Translations under genes and position numbers: made by a program
The notes under the pieces: generated by a model
The model's input: only the letters and a program-made list of their open reading frames with translations
Databases searched by the model: none
What the model was told of the DNA's origin: nothing
Shown: positions 8,591-18,432 of the stretch, in pieces
Position numbering within the stretch: the first letter of the stretch is position 1
How the letters are laid out: every line of letters starts with the position of its first letter
NCBI GenBank assembly: GCA_015067255.1
Contig: SVMS01000001.1
Location: forward strand, 95,285 to 159,284
Length of the DNA stretch: 64,000 bases
Direction: 5' to 3'
DNA from: Oscillospiraceae bacterium
Lineage (GTDB): Bacteria; Bacillota; Clostridia; Oscillospirales; SIG519

Positions 8591-11500
8591 ATGCACAATA
8601 AATTCAAAACTAAAGCCCTATCCGTTTTGACTGCTTTATTGTTACTTAGCTCTGTGTTTACTCTATTGCTGCCTTCCTCTGTTATTGTTGCAGAAGAAGA
8701 GCAACAACCTATCAGGCCCGGAATGTTTGAGGTTTTCAAGTCAGAAAATTATATTACAGGTCAAACAGGTCTTGGCGGAAAATTCTCCAATATTGATCAT
8801 TTTGTGTCTATGTCCATGTTCTTTGGAAGTTATATTAAGCAGATAGATGTTAACTATTGGGCAAGCTCCTCTCGTGCTACCGTTCCTTATGGCATTAGAG
8901 CAATTGACGGTAATCAGAGCATTACATACCCTGTAAGAGATAACACCTATTTTGCTTTTAATACTATTACAGGTACTAACTACAAAATAGGCAGCCTTAC
9001 AAACCTCATTTATAACACTGAGGGCACAGGCTGGCATCTACAGGTTTCCTACGATAACGGAAAAAACTTTGAAAATATCAATTATGATAATATCTATCAG
9101 GCTCAAGCATATAACTGGACTGATGCAAATAAAAGTCCTACTAAAGACAACAGCTTTAATATTCTCGATTATTTAGCTACTTATTCTTCGGAGCCTGATT
9201 ATAAAATTCCTGTTCCCGATTGTGACAAGTACTGTCTTGTTACTCACGTTTATAAAATTCCCGCTTTTGTTACTCACGTAAGAATTATGTTCCCTAAATA
9301 TACTGCTATTGAACAATACGATTCTGTTACCAACCAGCAATACGCAGGTCTTTGGTCTCAGTCTCTTTCTTCAATTAAGCTTTCCAGAACGAAAATTGAT
9401 TCTACTTCAAAAGGCGATACTGCTGTAAAAAACTACTACGAAGACCCTTGCTACAGCGTTAAATCTTCTCAAAAAGAATCTTTTGTCTTCTCAAAAGACA
9501 TTTTATATATCAATGATGAAATCGTAACCGATTTTTCATTATCCAACATTGAAAAAGCCTTTGATACCACTATGTCAAAGGTACAATTCTACGATTCTTC
9601 CGATAATCTTATTACTAATTATTCCACTTTGATTGACGAAACAATGAAGGTTAAATTCGTTGCACACGGATATACAGGTACTGTGGCAGGTCTTGTTGCA
9701 GGTGATGTTATTAACGAATATACAGTTAAAATCAGCGAATTGAAGGAGCCTGAATTTGTTTTAAAGGACAATCTGGCTCATATTGAAATTACTGACAATA
9801 ATATTGTTATAAAACAAAAGTCTGACGAAGAAGATATCACATACGAAGATTTCAAAAACTACTATAATATTTCCTACGGCGATATTCTCTTCTATGAAAT
9901 GGACGGAACTCCCATCACTGACCTTGACGCTATTGTTTCTCCGCAATGTATCGCAAAATTTGTCACAAAAGATTGTCCCGGTCAGGTAGACGGCGTAGTT
10001 AAGAGTACCTGTAATCTTTCCTTGGTATTAGATCCAATATATATTGATTTCCCCGAAACCGAGACTGATTCCAAGCTTATTTTAAAGCCCGGTATTGCAG
10101 ACCGTTTTATTCCTGTAGTTAACCCCACTACCGGCGTTTCCTTCTCTTCCTATGCAACCTTTGAAAACGGTGCGGCACTTAGCTTAGTAAATATCGGTCC
10201 AGATACACTTGCTTGGTTTGATACTCAAAAGGTTGTTTTCGGCAAAGAAGCTACCGGTATGGTTCACTATAACGCAGTTGCTCCTTGGGATATAGAGCCT
10301 GCTTTGGTTTATAAGGTTCAGCCTGAAACCTATGTGGGTGCCGTATTCATTGTCGGAAGTAACCTTACCACTGCTAAGGATGCTTTGGACTCTATAGAAG
10401 ACGTCCAGTTCCTTGCTTCTAAGGACGGCGACATTTGGGTAGACCTTGGCGACCCCTATAAAGGCTGTATTTCCACTACCAACAACCTCTATTTAGGTGA
10501 TATTAAAAGAGCATTGAAAGCGTCCTACGATGACGGAAAAGGTAACAACCACTTCAGTGGCTGGTCTCAGGTGCTTTTCTCATCATATATACCCGAAGGC
10601 TATACCTATTTTAAGATTAAGATGCCCAACAACCTTCTTCAGAGAGAGCTTATTGGTTCATATAGGTTCAAGGATGCTGCCAACGGAGATTATTCTCTTG
10701 ACGATAGCGTTTTATACACCTGGTGTTCAATTCACGGCGCATGGTGTTCTCCCACTCATGAGTTCCTTAACAGTGGAGAAGGCGCTATTGTAGCTACCAA
10801 TGACGGCGTTGTTTTCCAATATGGCTTTAACCTTGCACTTGTCAAGGCTTCTTCAACCCCAATCACCTGTACTCCCGAAGGCGATTTAGTTGCAGGTGAT
10901 CCCGAATACTCTAACAACTACGATGCTTCTGAATTTATAATTAAAGACAATAAAATAAGCGTTTTAGGCGATATTTTAAACGTTCGTAATTTCGGTGATG
11001 AAAAGACAACCTATCAGGAAATTTTAGACAGAATTGAGCTTCGCTTCGCACAGGCTAAGTTCTATACAGACGACACTCTTTCCGTAGAGATTACAGACCT
11101 TTCAAAGCCTGCTGAAAACACAGCTTATCTTTGCATCACTGCTCATAAAAACAAGGTTATTCAGTATTATCCCGAGGGCAAGGTTTTAGGTCTTTTCAAG
11201 GTTTCTCCCGTTAAAGTAACAGACGTTCCCTCTGTTGTTGAAAATGGTAATTTATATACAATTGACCACGAGCAAAAAACCATAACTTTCTTCTACTATA
11301 TGGATGAGAGCGCTCCTACCTATGCAACTGTCAAAAATACACTTAAGGGTAAAGAGGCTCAGTTCAGATTTGAGACACTTGCCGGCGAATACGTTGACAT
11401 TAACCTTGACGGTACCTCAAACTATGCAAATGTTTTAATATGTGCATATAACTGCGAAGGCTTTAACAACGGCGATGTATTTACAAAGTATACACTGTTA

Positions 11501-12649
11501 TTTGAGCCCGTTCTTAAAGATGTTTCTGTTTCAAGTCTTGATGAATCAAAAGTTGAAATTGATAACATCGACAATGTGCTTGTTATTCACTCAGATTCAT
11601 TTACAATCGGTGATATTGACAAGCTTCTCAAAAAGAACAACTGTACTGTAATGTTCTCTATGCTACAGGCTGACGGTTCTTTTGAAACTATTCTCGATTA
11701 CTCAACTCTTGCCAATACTGACGTTTATGTTGACTTGTTCTCAACTGTTGACTCAAGAACCTATTCCTATCCCTTAACCTTCGATGTTCCTCAGAATGAA
11801 GAAGACACTATAAAGGTTCTTAACGTTCCTGAGCTTGAAACATTATCTATTGATGATTTCTCAGCAGTTGTATCCCTTATTACAGAATACAACAAATACT
11901 ATTATCAATATGATGAAAACCAGAGAGCTTATTATGAGAATGCTATCAATCTTTTGAAAACAAAAATGGACAACCTTTTTGTTGCTCAGCAGATTGCAGA
12001 GCTTACAGCGGGACTTCCCACTACTCTTACCTCTGCTAACATCAACACTGTTCTTCTTATAGAGAAGAGCTATGCTTCACTTTTCTCCGAAGTAAGAGAT
12101 ACTCTTGACAGCTCTATAACAGACCAAATTGCTAATTTCAAAGAACAGGTTGGCGCTATTATCCAATCCGATAACGGCGTTAAGGTTTCCGGACTTAAAT
12201 GGAATATCCGTATAAAAGTTAAAGGCTTATCCACTAAGGATGAAGCTTTTGCAAGAGTTAATCCCAAGGTTTCCGGTACAAATCTTCTTTCTCTGTTTGA
12301 AATTGAGTTCTATGACATTTTAAACAATCAAAAATTTGCTCTTGAGGAAGACAAGGTTATTACTATTTCTCTTCCTGTAAAGGATTTTGAAGGTTATGAA
12401 AATCTTTTAGGTCTTTACGAAAGAACTGACGGTAAGGTTTCTTACCTCCAGTCAACCTTAGAGGGTGACTATATCTCCTTCAAGGTTAAGCCCTTTAACA
12501 GCGTTGGTGTTGTTGGCTCTGAGCCCTTCCCCGTTTTAATCGTTGTTTTAGCTTCTATCGGCGGTCTTATCGTTCTTGCAGGAATTGCAGTAGGCGTTAT
12601 CTTCTTTGTTAAAAACAAAAATAAAGTTAAGGGAGGTACAGAGGAATGA
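8591..12649 (+). CDS. Giant surface protein with C-terminal transmembrane anchor; two copies of the same Asp-box-type domain plus about five tandem ~95-aa modules
   Basis: 1352 aa. Signal peptide (ALSVLTALLLLSSVFTLLLPSSVIVA). GWHLQVSYDNGKNFENINY and FLASKDGDIWVDL domains ending YKIPAFVTHVRIMFP / YIPEGYTYFKIKMP. C-terminal TM FPVLIVVLASIGGLIVLAGIAVGVIFFV followed by KNKNKVKGG. Confidence 0.8.
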   Translation: MHNKFKTKALSVLTALLLLSSVFTLLLPSSVIVAEEEQQPIRPGMFEVFKSENYITGQTGLGGKFSNIDHFVSMSMFFGSYIKQIDVNYWASSSRATVPYGIRAIDGNQSITYPVRDNTYFAFNTITGTNYKIGSLTNLIYNTEGTGWHLQVSYDNGKNFENINYDNIYQAQAYNWTDANKSPTKDNSFNILDYLATYSSEPDYKIPVPDCDKYCLVTHVYKIPAFVTHVRIMFPKYTAIEQYDSVTNQQYAGLWSQSLSSIKLSRTKIDSTSKGDTAVKNYYEDPCYSVKSSQKESFVFSKDILYINDEIVTDFSLSNIEKAFDTTMSKVQFYDSSDNLITNYSTLIDETMKVKFVAHGYTGTVAGLVAGDVINEYTVKISELKEPEFVLKDNLAHIEITDNNIVIKQKSDEEDITYEDFKNYYNISYGDILFYEMDGTPITDLDAIVSPQCIAKFVTKDCPGQVDGVVKSTCNLSLVLDPIYIDFPETETDSKLILKPGIADRFIPVVNPTTGVSFSSYATFENGAALSLVNIGPDTLAWFDTQKVVFGKEATGMVHYNAVAPWDIEPALVYKVQPETYVGAVFIVGSNLTTAKDALDSIEDVQFLASKDGDIWVDLGDPYKGCISTTNNLYLGDIKRALKASYDDGKGNNHFSGWSQVLFSSYIPEGYTYFKIKMPNNLLQRELIGSYRFKDAANGDYSLDDSVLYTWCSIHGAWCSPTHEFLNSGEGAIVATNDGVVFQYGFNLALVKASSTPITCTPEGDLVAGDPEYSNNYDASEFIIKDNKISVLGDILNVRNFGDEKTTYQEILDRIELRFAQAKFYTDDTLSVEITDLSKPAENTAYLCITAHKNKVIQYYPEGKVLGLFKVSPVKVTDVPSVVENGNLYTIDHEQKTITFFYYMDESAPTYATVKNTLKGKEAQFRFETLAGEYVDINLDGTSNYANVLICAYNCEGFNNGDVFTKYTLLFEPVLKDVSVSSLDESKVEIDNIDNVLVIHSDSFTIGDIDKLLKKNNCTVMFSMLQADGSFETILDYSTLANTDVYVDLFSTVDSRTYSYPLTFDVPQNEEDTIKVLNVPELETLSIDDFSAVVSLITEYNKYYYQYDENQRAYYENAINLLKTKMDNLFVAQQIAELTAGLPTTLTSANINTVLLIEKSYASLFSEVRDTLDSSITDQIANFKEQVGAIIQSDNGVKVSGLKWNIRIKVKGLSTKDEAFARVNPKVSGTNLLSLFEIEFYDILNNQKFALEEDKVITISLPVKDFEGYENLLGLYERTDGKVSYLQSTLEGDYISFKVKPFNSVGVVGSEPFPVLIVVLASIGGLIVLAGIAVGVIFFVKNKNKVKGGTEE

Positions 12650-14211
12650 TTAAACATAAAAGATTTTTAGCATTTCTTTTACCCATTCTCATTGTTAGTG
12701 CTATTATTATCCCTCATATCGACCTGGAAAACGTAAGTGCTCAAGAACAGACCGACAATTTTGTCAATGTTAAAGATTTTGGTGCCAAAGGTAACGGCTT
12801 GGTTGACGAAACAGATGCTATTATAGCCGCTATCAACAGCGTTAAGGACACAGGCGGTACTGTTTTCTTCCCTTCAGGTGTTTACAGAATTACTTTGGGT
12901 AACATATTTGTTCCTTCGGGAGTATCAATTGTCGGTACTCTCGGAGCAACAACAGGTCCTTGGCAAAACTATCTGGATGCTCAGGATAAAACAAAGGTAA
13001 ACCACGGCTTTGTTGTCGGCTCTGCCAGCACCTTTATAAAAGTTTCTATGCTTAAAGGCTCCTGGATTGTTGCTGCTCACGGAGAAGGCGAAGCTGATGC
13101 TGATGCTACCTTCTATCTTGACGGAAATACAAGCTTCTCAAAAATCGGCTTTGTTTCCCTCTTTGCATCTCCCCTTATAAACTCAACCTTTGCTTCTCCT
13201 CCCCACATTGCTGTTGATACCTCTAAAATGACCGATAAAAAAGGTCCTATAAATATTACCGATGTATCCCTCTCCAACTGCTATACAGGTATAGCTGTTA
13301 CTCAGGGCGACGGTGTTGACACCTTCAATTTGGGCGAAGATAAGCAACCCGTATCCATCGGTAAAGTAACCATTAAGAATGTTATGGGTTCTCCTATGCA
13401 TACAGGTATTTTGGTTAAAGGTATTGCAAGTAAGGTTGCTATTGAAAATGTTCAATTTAACTATGCTACTTACAACACAAAATATGTTGAAGAAAGAACA
13501 TTATACGCTCACGATATAGTTCTTGCCGCTGCTTCTGATGTAACTGTTGACAGAGTTCTCAGCTTCGGCGCAGAGGCTGGTCTCAAAACTGAAAAGGCTT
13601 ACAAGAACACCGGTGTAAATCTTAAGGCAACAGGTCTTAATCTTGAAAACAGATTCCCTGTTCATCTCACAGCAGCAGGAAATTATGATATAAGAAGCTC
13701 ATACTTCTTTGTCATAAACTATGCTAATAAGAGAAACGAAACCTTCTACCGTGCATTATACATTACAGATGATGAAGACAGCACAGTTAAATCCTCATAC
13801 ACCTTTAAAAATATCTTCCTTCAGGATGTGGGTGCAGGTAATGGCCTTGATTTGAATAACGCTCAGTACAACAACGCTTTCATCGACATTACCGTTAAGG
13901 ATAACGCTGCTGCGCTTTTTGAGAACGTTGAAACCTACGGTTATGATAACTCTCCTGAGCCTAATGCAATGATATACTATACTCATAACGGAACAGGCAC
14001 AAGCTCAGGTATCTTCCGCAATATAAACACTATATTCTCATACACCAATCAGCCCCTTATAACTGTAGGTGGTACAGGATATAAAAACGGTGAAGCTGTT
14101 ATGGAATACTGCAGATTTACTTCTTCTAATGTTATTCCTGATGATAACTCGGTTAAGTTTGTTTACTGCACTCAGAATTCATCACAAACAAATACACTTA
14201 TAAATAATTAG
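12646..14211 (+). CDS. Membrane-anchored right-handed beta-helix protein, Pectate_lyase_3 / GH28-GH55-related superfamily
   Basis: 521 aa. ATGA overlap with the upstream stop. N-terminal TM segment. Hallmark NVKDFGAKGNGLVDETDAIIAAINSVKDTGGTVFFPSGVYRI. Confidence 0.75.
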   Translation: MIKHKRFLAFLLPILIVSAIIIPHIDLENVSAQEQTDNFVNVKDFGAKGNGLVDETDAIIAAINSVKDTGGTVFFPSGVYRITLGNIFVPSGVSIVGTLGATTGPWQNYLDAQDKTKVNHGFVVGSASTFIKVSMLKGSWIVAAHGEGEADADATFYLDGNTSFSKIGFVSLFASPLINSTFASPPHIAVDTSKMTDKKGPINITDVSLSNCYTGIAVTQGDGVDTFNLGEDKQPVSIGKVTIKNVMGSPMHTGILVKGIASKVAIENVQFNYATYNTKYVEERTLYAHDIVLAAASDVTVDRVLSFGAEAGLKTEKAYKNTGVNLKATGLNLENRFPVHLTAAGNYDIRSSYFFVINYANKRNETFYRALYITDDEDSTVKSSYTFKNIFLQDVGAGNGLDLNNAQYNNAFIDITVKDNAAALFENVETYGYDNSPEPNAMIYYTHNGTGTSSGIFRNINTIFSYTNQPLITVGGTGYKNGEAVMEYCRFTSSNVIPDDNSVKFVYCTQNSSQTNTLINN

Positions 14212-14225
14212 GAGGTTGTGCAAGC

Positions 14226-15866
14226 ATGAAAAATCATATCAAATTTCTTTGTATTGTTATTGCAGTGATGTTAAGTGTTTTAGCACTTTCCTCCTGTAAT
14301 AAGCTTCACTTCAAAGATTACCAGAATAACGGCAATACCGATGAATACGGCGCAGATTTAACCCAAAGCTCTGTATTTGACGGTATGGAGTTTGATACTA
14401 ATTATACAGACCCCAATGCTTCTTCCTCTTCAAAGCCCACTTATACTCCTGAAGAAAAAGAAGAGGTTAACGGTATTAAAAAATTCTATTTGAGCGTTAA
14501 AAATTTAGGTGCTGTCGGCGACGGCGTTGCTGATGACACTGAGGCTTTTGAAAAAGCTGTTCATACCTTGAAAAATTCCGGCGGTGTTATATACGTTCCC
14601 GCAGGCGTTTACCGTCTTACAAGAGGTATTAACATTCCTTTAGGCGTTACCATTACAGGTGATTCTCCTTCCTTAAAGGGAATGTGGTCCAATCCTTCAG
14701 TTTTAACCTCAGCTAAACAAGAGCAGTCTGCTTCTACAGACTTCCTTAAAACTGACAATTTCAGCGGCTCCTGGATTTTAGTTGACCACGGCAAAGGTGA
14801 TGTTAACGGAACTCCTGCAATCAGAGTACAGGGTAATACAACCGTTTCTTCTTTAGGCTTTGTTTACAAGGAACAGATTCCCGTTGTAAATACAGTAAAT
14901 GAATATCCCCCTGCTATTTCATTTATGTCAACCCGTGAATATACCTATGCCCGTGACGGTGTTGTAATTGAGGATATTTATCTTGCTAATCCTTATCTCG
15001 GAATTTTCGTAGGTACAGGAGAGAATCTCAAGGATTATTATGTTGGACAGACGACTAATTTGTCTTTGGGTAGACTCCGTGTCCACAACATAACAGGAAC
15101 TTCTCTTTGGAAATCTATCTTTATCAGAGGCGTATTGGATACTGTTGATGTAAGCAACATCAACTTAGGATATACAAACTTTGTAAAATCATATCTCCAA
15201 TACCGCCACAACAACTGTTCAGATATTGAAATTTCAAGAGCTGACGGTAACAATATGGCAAACATTACTCTCTTTGGCGCTAATATCGGTATCAGCTGTG
15301 TTCCGGGCTTTGAAGGCTCTGCTTCAATAAGAGGTACAGGTATTAAGTCTTATGCAGGTATCGGTATGCAAACCTGCACAGGTCAGTATGAAATAAACGA
15401 TTCCGAATTTGCCGCTATCAACTATTCCAACTACCGTGCAAACAAAGAGTCTATAGGCTTAGCTGTTCTTGATGACGAATGTGTTCACAGACCTCACTAT
15501 ATGTTTGACAGCGTTACAATTTCAAATACTGCAACAGGTATAGATTCCTCAAGCTCTGCTTTGAAGATTAATATCGGCAAAAATGGACATCTTGTTCTTT
15601 CAAATTCTAAAATCAAAGCAGGCAACGCTTTAGAGGCTGCTGTTACCTTTGATAAACTTGATTTGACCTTCACAACTGCAAGTATTTACAACACTTCAAT
15701 AACCGGTTCAGGCACAAAGCTTGCTTTGTTGGAAAAATCTAATATTACTGCAGGCTGCTTACAGTTTAACGAATGTACCATTGACGATGCTCTTATGACA
15801 AATATGTCTGATGCTAAAATATGGTACAACAACAGCTTAAAAACCTCCGGAGGCGCTATTTCTTAA
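14226..15866 (+). CDS. Lipoprotein, right-handed beta-helix protein, Pectate_lyase_3 superfamily (paralogue of 12646-14211)
   Basis: 546 aa. Lipobox LALSSC-NK. VKNLGAVGDGVADDTEAFEKAVHTLKNSGGVIYVPAGVYRL. RBS aggagg. Confidence 0.75.
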   Translation: MKNHIKFLCIVIAVMLSVLALSSCNKLHFKDYQNNGNTDEYGADLTQSSVFDGMEFDTNYTDPNASSSSKPTYTPEEKEEVNGIKKFYLSVKNLGAVGDGVADDTEAFEKAVHTLKNSGGVIYVPAGVYRLTRGINIPLGVTITGDSPSLKGMWSNPSVLTSAKQEQSASTDFLKTDNFSGSWILVDHGKGDVNGTPAIRVQGNTTVSSLGFVYKEQIPVVNTVNEYPPAISFMSTREYTYARDGVVIEDIYLANPYLGIFVGTGENLKDYYVGQTTNLSLGRLRVHNITGTSLWKSIFIRGVLDTVDVSNINLGYTNFVKSYLQYRHNNCSDIEISRADGNNMANITLFGANIGISCVPGFEGSASIRGTGIKSYAGIGMQTCTGQYEINDSEFAAINYSNYRANKESIGLAVLDDECVHRPHYMFDSVTISNTATGIDSSSSALKINIGKNGHLVLSNSKIKAGNALEAAVTFDKLDLTFTTASIYNTSITGSGTKLALLEKSNITAGCLQFNECTIDDALMTNMSDAKIWYNNSLKTSGGAIS

Positions 15867-15895
15867 GCTAAAATCAACTAATAGGACGTGCTCAA

Positions 15896-18376
15896 ATGAA
15901 AACCTTATCACTTAACGGAAACTGGAAATTAAAGCATACAAGCGGAATGAGAGGGGGACTTCCCCATCTCATATACGACAATATGGAATATTATCCTGCT
16001 GATATACAGGGAAAGCCCAAGAAGTTTGACGTAAGCTTCTACGACGAAAAGAAATGGATGGACACCAAGGTACCCGGTTGTGTCCATGACGAGCTTATAA
16101 AGAGGGGTATAATAGATGATCCTTACATAGGCTCAAACGTTCTTAAATGTCGTTGGGTCGAAGAAATGCTTTGGTTTTATCACAAAGAATTTGATGCTTG
16201 TGATGCTGCAAAGGCTACTCTTGCAATTCTTCGTTTCAAACAGCTTGACCTTCACGCTATTGTTTACCTTAACGGTGTTGAAATAGCAAGGCATAATAAC
16301 GTATACTATCCTCTTGAGATAGATGTTTCCGGTAAGCTTAAGGAAGGCAAAAACATTCTTGATGTACGTCTCGACAGCGGTGTTTTCTATGCCGCAGAAA
16401 AGAAAATAACTGATTTATCCTCGGCTACAAGAACTATGGACGAGCTTCTGAATAAACGTATGTGGCTCAGAAAGCCCCAGAGTTCTTGTGGCTGGGACTG
16501 GTCTCCCCGTCTTCTCAACATAGGAATTACAGACGATGTTGAGCTTATTTATGATGAAAAATGTATTATAACTCAAGCTCAGGTATCTGTTGATACTAAA
16601 GAGGACTTAAAAAGCGCCGATGTGTGTGCAAAGCTGTTCTATAAAGGCTCTGCTGCACCTGAATTAAACGAGCTTTTATTGGACGGAAACAAAGTACAAG
16701 ACTTTACCGTTACACAGGGTGACGGATTTATTCAATATAATTTCCAAATTAAAAACCCACGTCTTTGGTGGTGTATTGATTTCGGCTCACAGGAAATGTA
16801 CGAGCTTGAAATTACTCTCAAGTCCGGCGAAAGCTTTAAAAAGAGCTTTGGCGTACGCCATATCTTCATTGATACAGGCAAAAATGCACAGGGGCAGAAC
16901 GTCTTCTGTGTATACCTTAACGGTGTAAATATATTTGCCAAGGGTGCAAATATGGTGCCTGCTGATATGATTGTCCCCAACATTGACAACAAGAGATATG
17001 AGCGTTTAATAGAGCTTGCTAAAAATGCAGGCTTCAACTTCCTTCGTGTTTGGGGCGGAGGTATATACGAATCTGACTATTTCTTTGAGCTTTGCAACAA
17101 AAACGGTATTCTTGTTTGGCAGGAATTTATCTGTGCTTGCTCAAATTTACCTACATACGACAAAGATTTCCTTGAAGATGTTCAAAAGGAATTTACATAT
17201 CAGGTCCGCAGACTTTCAAACAATCCTTCTCTTATTGTATGGTGCGGCGGAAATGAGCTTTTAAAAGAATGGGTTGAAGGTTCAGAAGGTCTTTTCTCAG
17301 AAATTTTACCCTCTATTGTAAAAGAAAACGATATTGAAAAATATTATCAGCCTACTTCTCCTATGTCCTTTGAAGACGATGTCATTTACGATGATGACAC
17401 TCAGGGCGACCAGCATCCCTGGAAAATCGGCTTCTCCGACAAGGATTACAGAAAATATCACGAATACGAATCCCGTTTTCCAAATGAAGGCGGTATGTTA
17501 GGTCCTGTTTCAAGAAAAACCACTATGAAATGCCTTGATAAAGGTGATGAGTATTTACATTCATTCACTTGGGATATTCACGAAAATATGCTTGAAGAGT
17601 GGCAAATAGGCACCTCTGCTGATTTATGTATATCCTTCTTTACAAAAATCAATCCCCGTGATATTTCTTTAGATGAACAAATCTATTTAGGCGGTGTTGT
17701 TCAGGGCGAAGCCTTCTCTGAATATATAAATAACTTCAGAAGAAGAAAGCCTCTTACTGCTTCTGCAATATTCTGGATGTATAATGATACCTGGCCCTGC
17801 ACAAGAAGCTGGACAGTTGTTGACTATTATCTCAGCGTTACTCCTTGCTTCCATAAAGTTAAAGAAGCCTTTTCTAAAATCGGTGCAACTATTTATAAAA
17901 ATAATAATGGCATAGAATTTTCAGTTGTAAACGATTTACCTAAGGACTTTAAAGGCTACGTTAATTTCGGCGTCTTTACATCAAGCGGAAAATATAAGGA
18001 AGATAAAGAGATTGAGGTTTGCGTTGAGGCAAATGGCATTAAGAAAATAGGTTTTTATGATGCTTGCCTTGAAAAAAGCGATATTGCCTTTATGGAAATA
18101 TACGATGAAAACAAAAACCTTATTGCAAGACGTAAATTTATAGACAGTCTTTATTATGAGCTTAATCTCAAGCCTGCAAACATCAGAAAAACTTTCGTTG
18201 ACGGCGGTGTTCTTCTTGAAAGCGACCGCTTTGTTATGAACGTATGCACCGACCTTGACGGCGAAGATGAAAATCTTCAGAATATGTTTGATATTTATCC
18301 CAATAAGCCTTACTTCTTTAAGGGTGATGATATCAACATAATGTATACAGTAAATCAGTTTTTATGTAAAAAATAA
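15896..18376 (+). CDS. Glycoside hydrolase family 2, beta-mannosidase-like, cytoplasmic
   Basis: 826 aa with no signal peptide. MKTLSLNGNWKLKH opening. FLRVWGGGIYESDYFFELCNKNGILVWQEF and WCGGNEL blocks typical of GH2 beta-mannosidases. Confidence 0.8.
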   Translation: MKTLSLNGNWKLKHTSGMRGGLPHLIYDNMEYYPADIQGKPKKFDVSFYDEKKWMDTKVPGCVHDELIKRGIIDDPYIGSNVLKCRWVEEMLWFYHKEFDACDAAKATLAILRFKQLDLHAIVYLNGVEIARHNNVYYPLEIDVSGKLKEGKNILDVRLDSGVFYAAEKKITDLSSATRTMDELLNKRMWLRKPQSSCGWDWSPRLLNIGITDDVELIYDEKCIITQAQVSVDTKEDLKSADVCAKLFYKGSAAPELNELLLDGNKVQDFTVTQGDGFIQYNFQIKNPRLWWCIDFGSQEMYELEITLKSGESFKKSFGVRHIFIDTGKNAQGQNVFCVYLNGVNIFAKGANMVPADMIVPNIDNKRYERLIELAKNAGFNFLRVWGGGIYESDYFFELCNKNGILVWQEFICACSNLPTYDKDFLEDVQKEFTYQVRRLSNNPSLIVWCGGNELLKEWVEGSEGLFSEILPSIVKENDIEKYYQPTSPMSFEDDVIYDDDTQGDQHPWKIGFSDKDYRKYHEYESRFPNEGGMLGPVSRKTTMKCLDKGDEYLHSFTWDIHENMLEEWQIGTSADLCISFFTKINPRDISLDEQIYLGGVVQGEAFSEYINNFRRRKPLTASAIFWMYNDTWPCTRSWTVVDYYLSVTPCFHKVKEAFSKIGATIYKNNNGIEFSVVNDLPKDFKGYVNFGVFTSSGKYKEDKEIEVCVEANGIKKIGFYDACLEKSDIAFMEIYDENKNLIARRKFIDSLYYELNLKPANIRKTFVDGGVLLESDRFVMNVCTDLDGEDENLQNMFDIYPNKPYFFKGDDINIMYTVNQFLCKK

Positions 18377-18380
18377 GCTT

Positions 18381-18416
18381 AAAACGGGGGTAGAATTTCA
18401 TACCCCCGTTTTTTAA
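18381..18416 (+). terminator. Rho-independent terminator after the GH2 gene
   Basis: aaaacgggggta-gaatttca-tacccccgtttt followed by a T-run. Confidence 0.85.
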
Positions 18417-18432
18417 AAAAAGGAGAGAAAAT

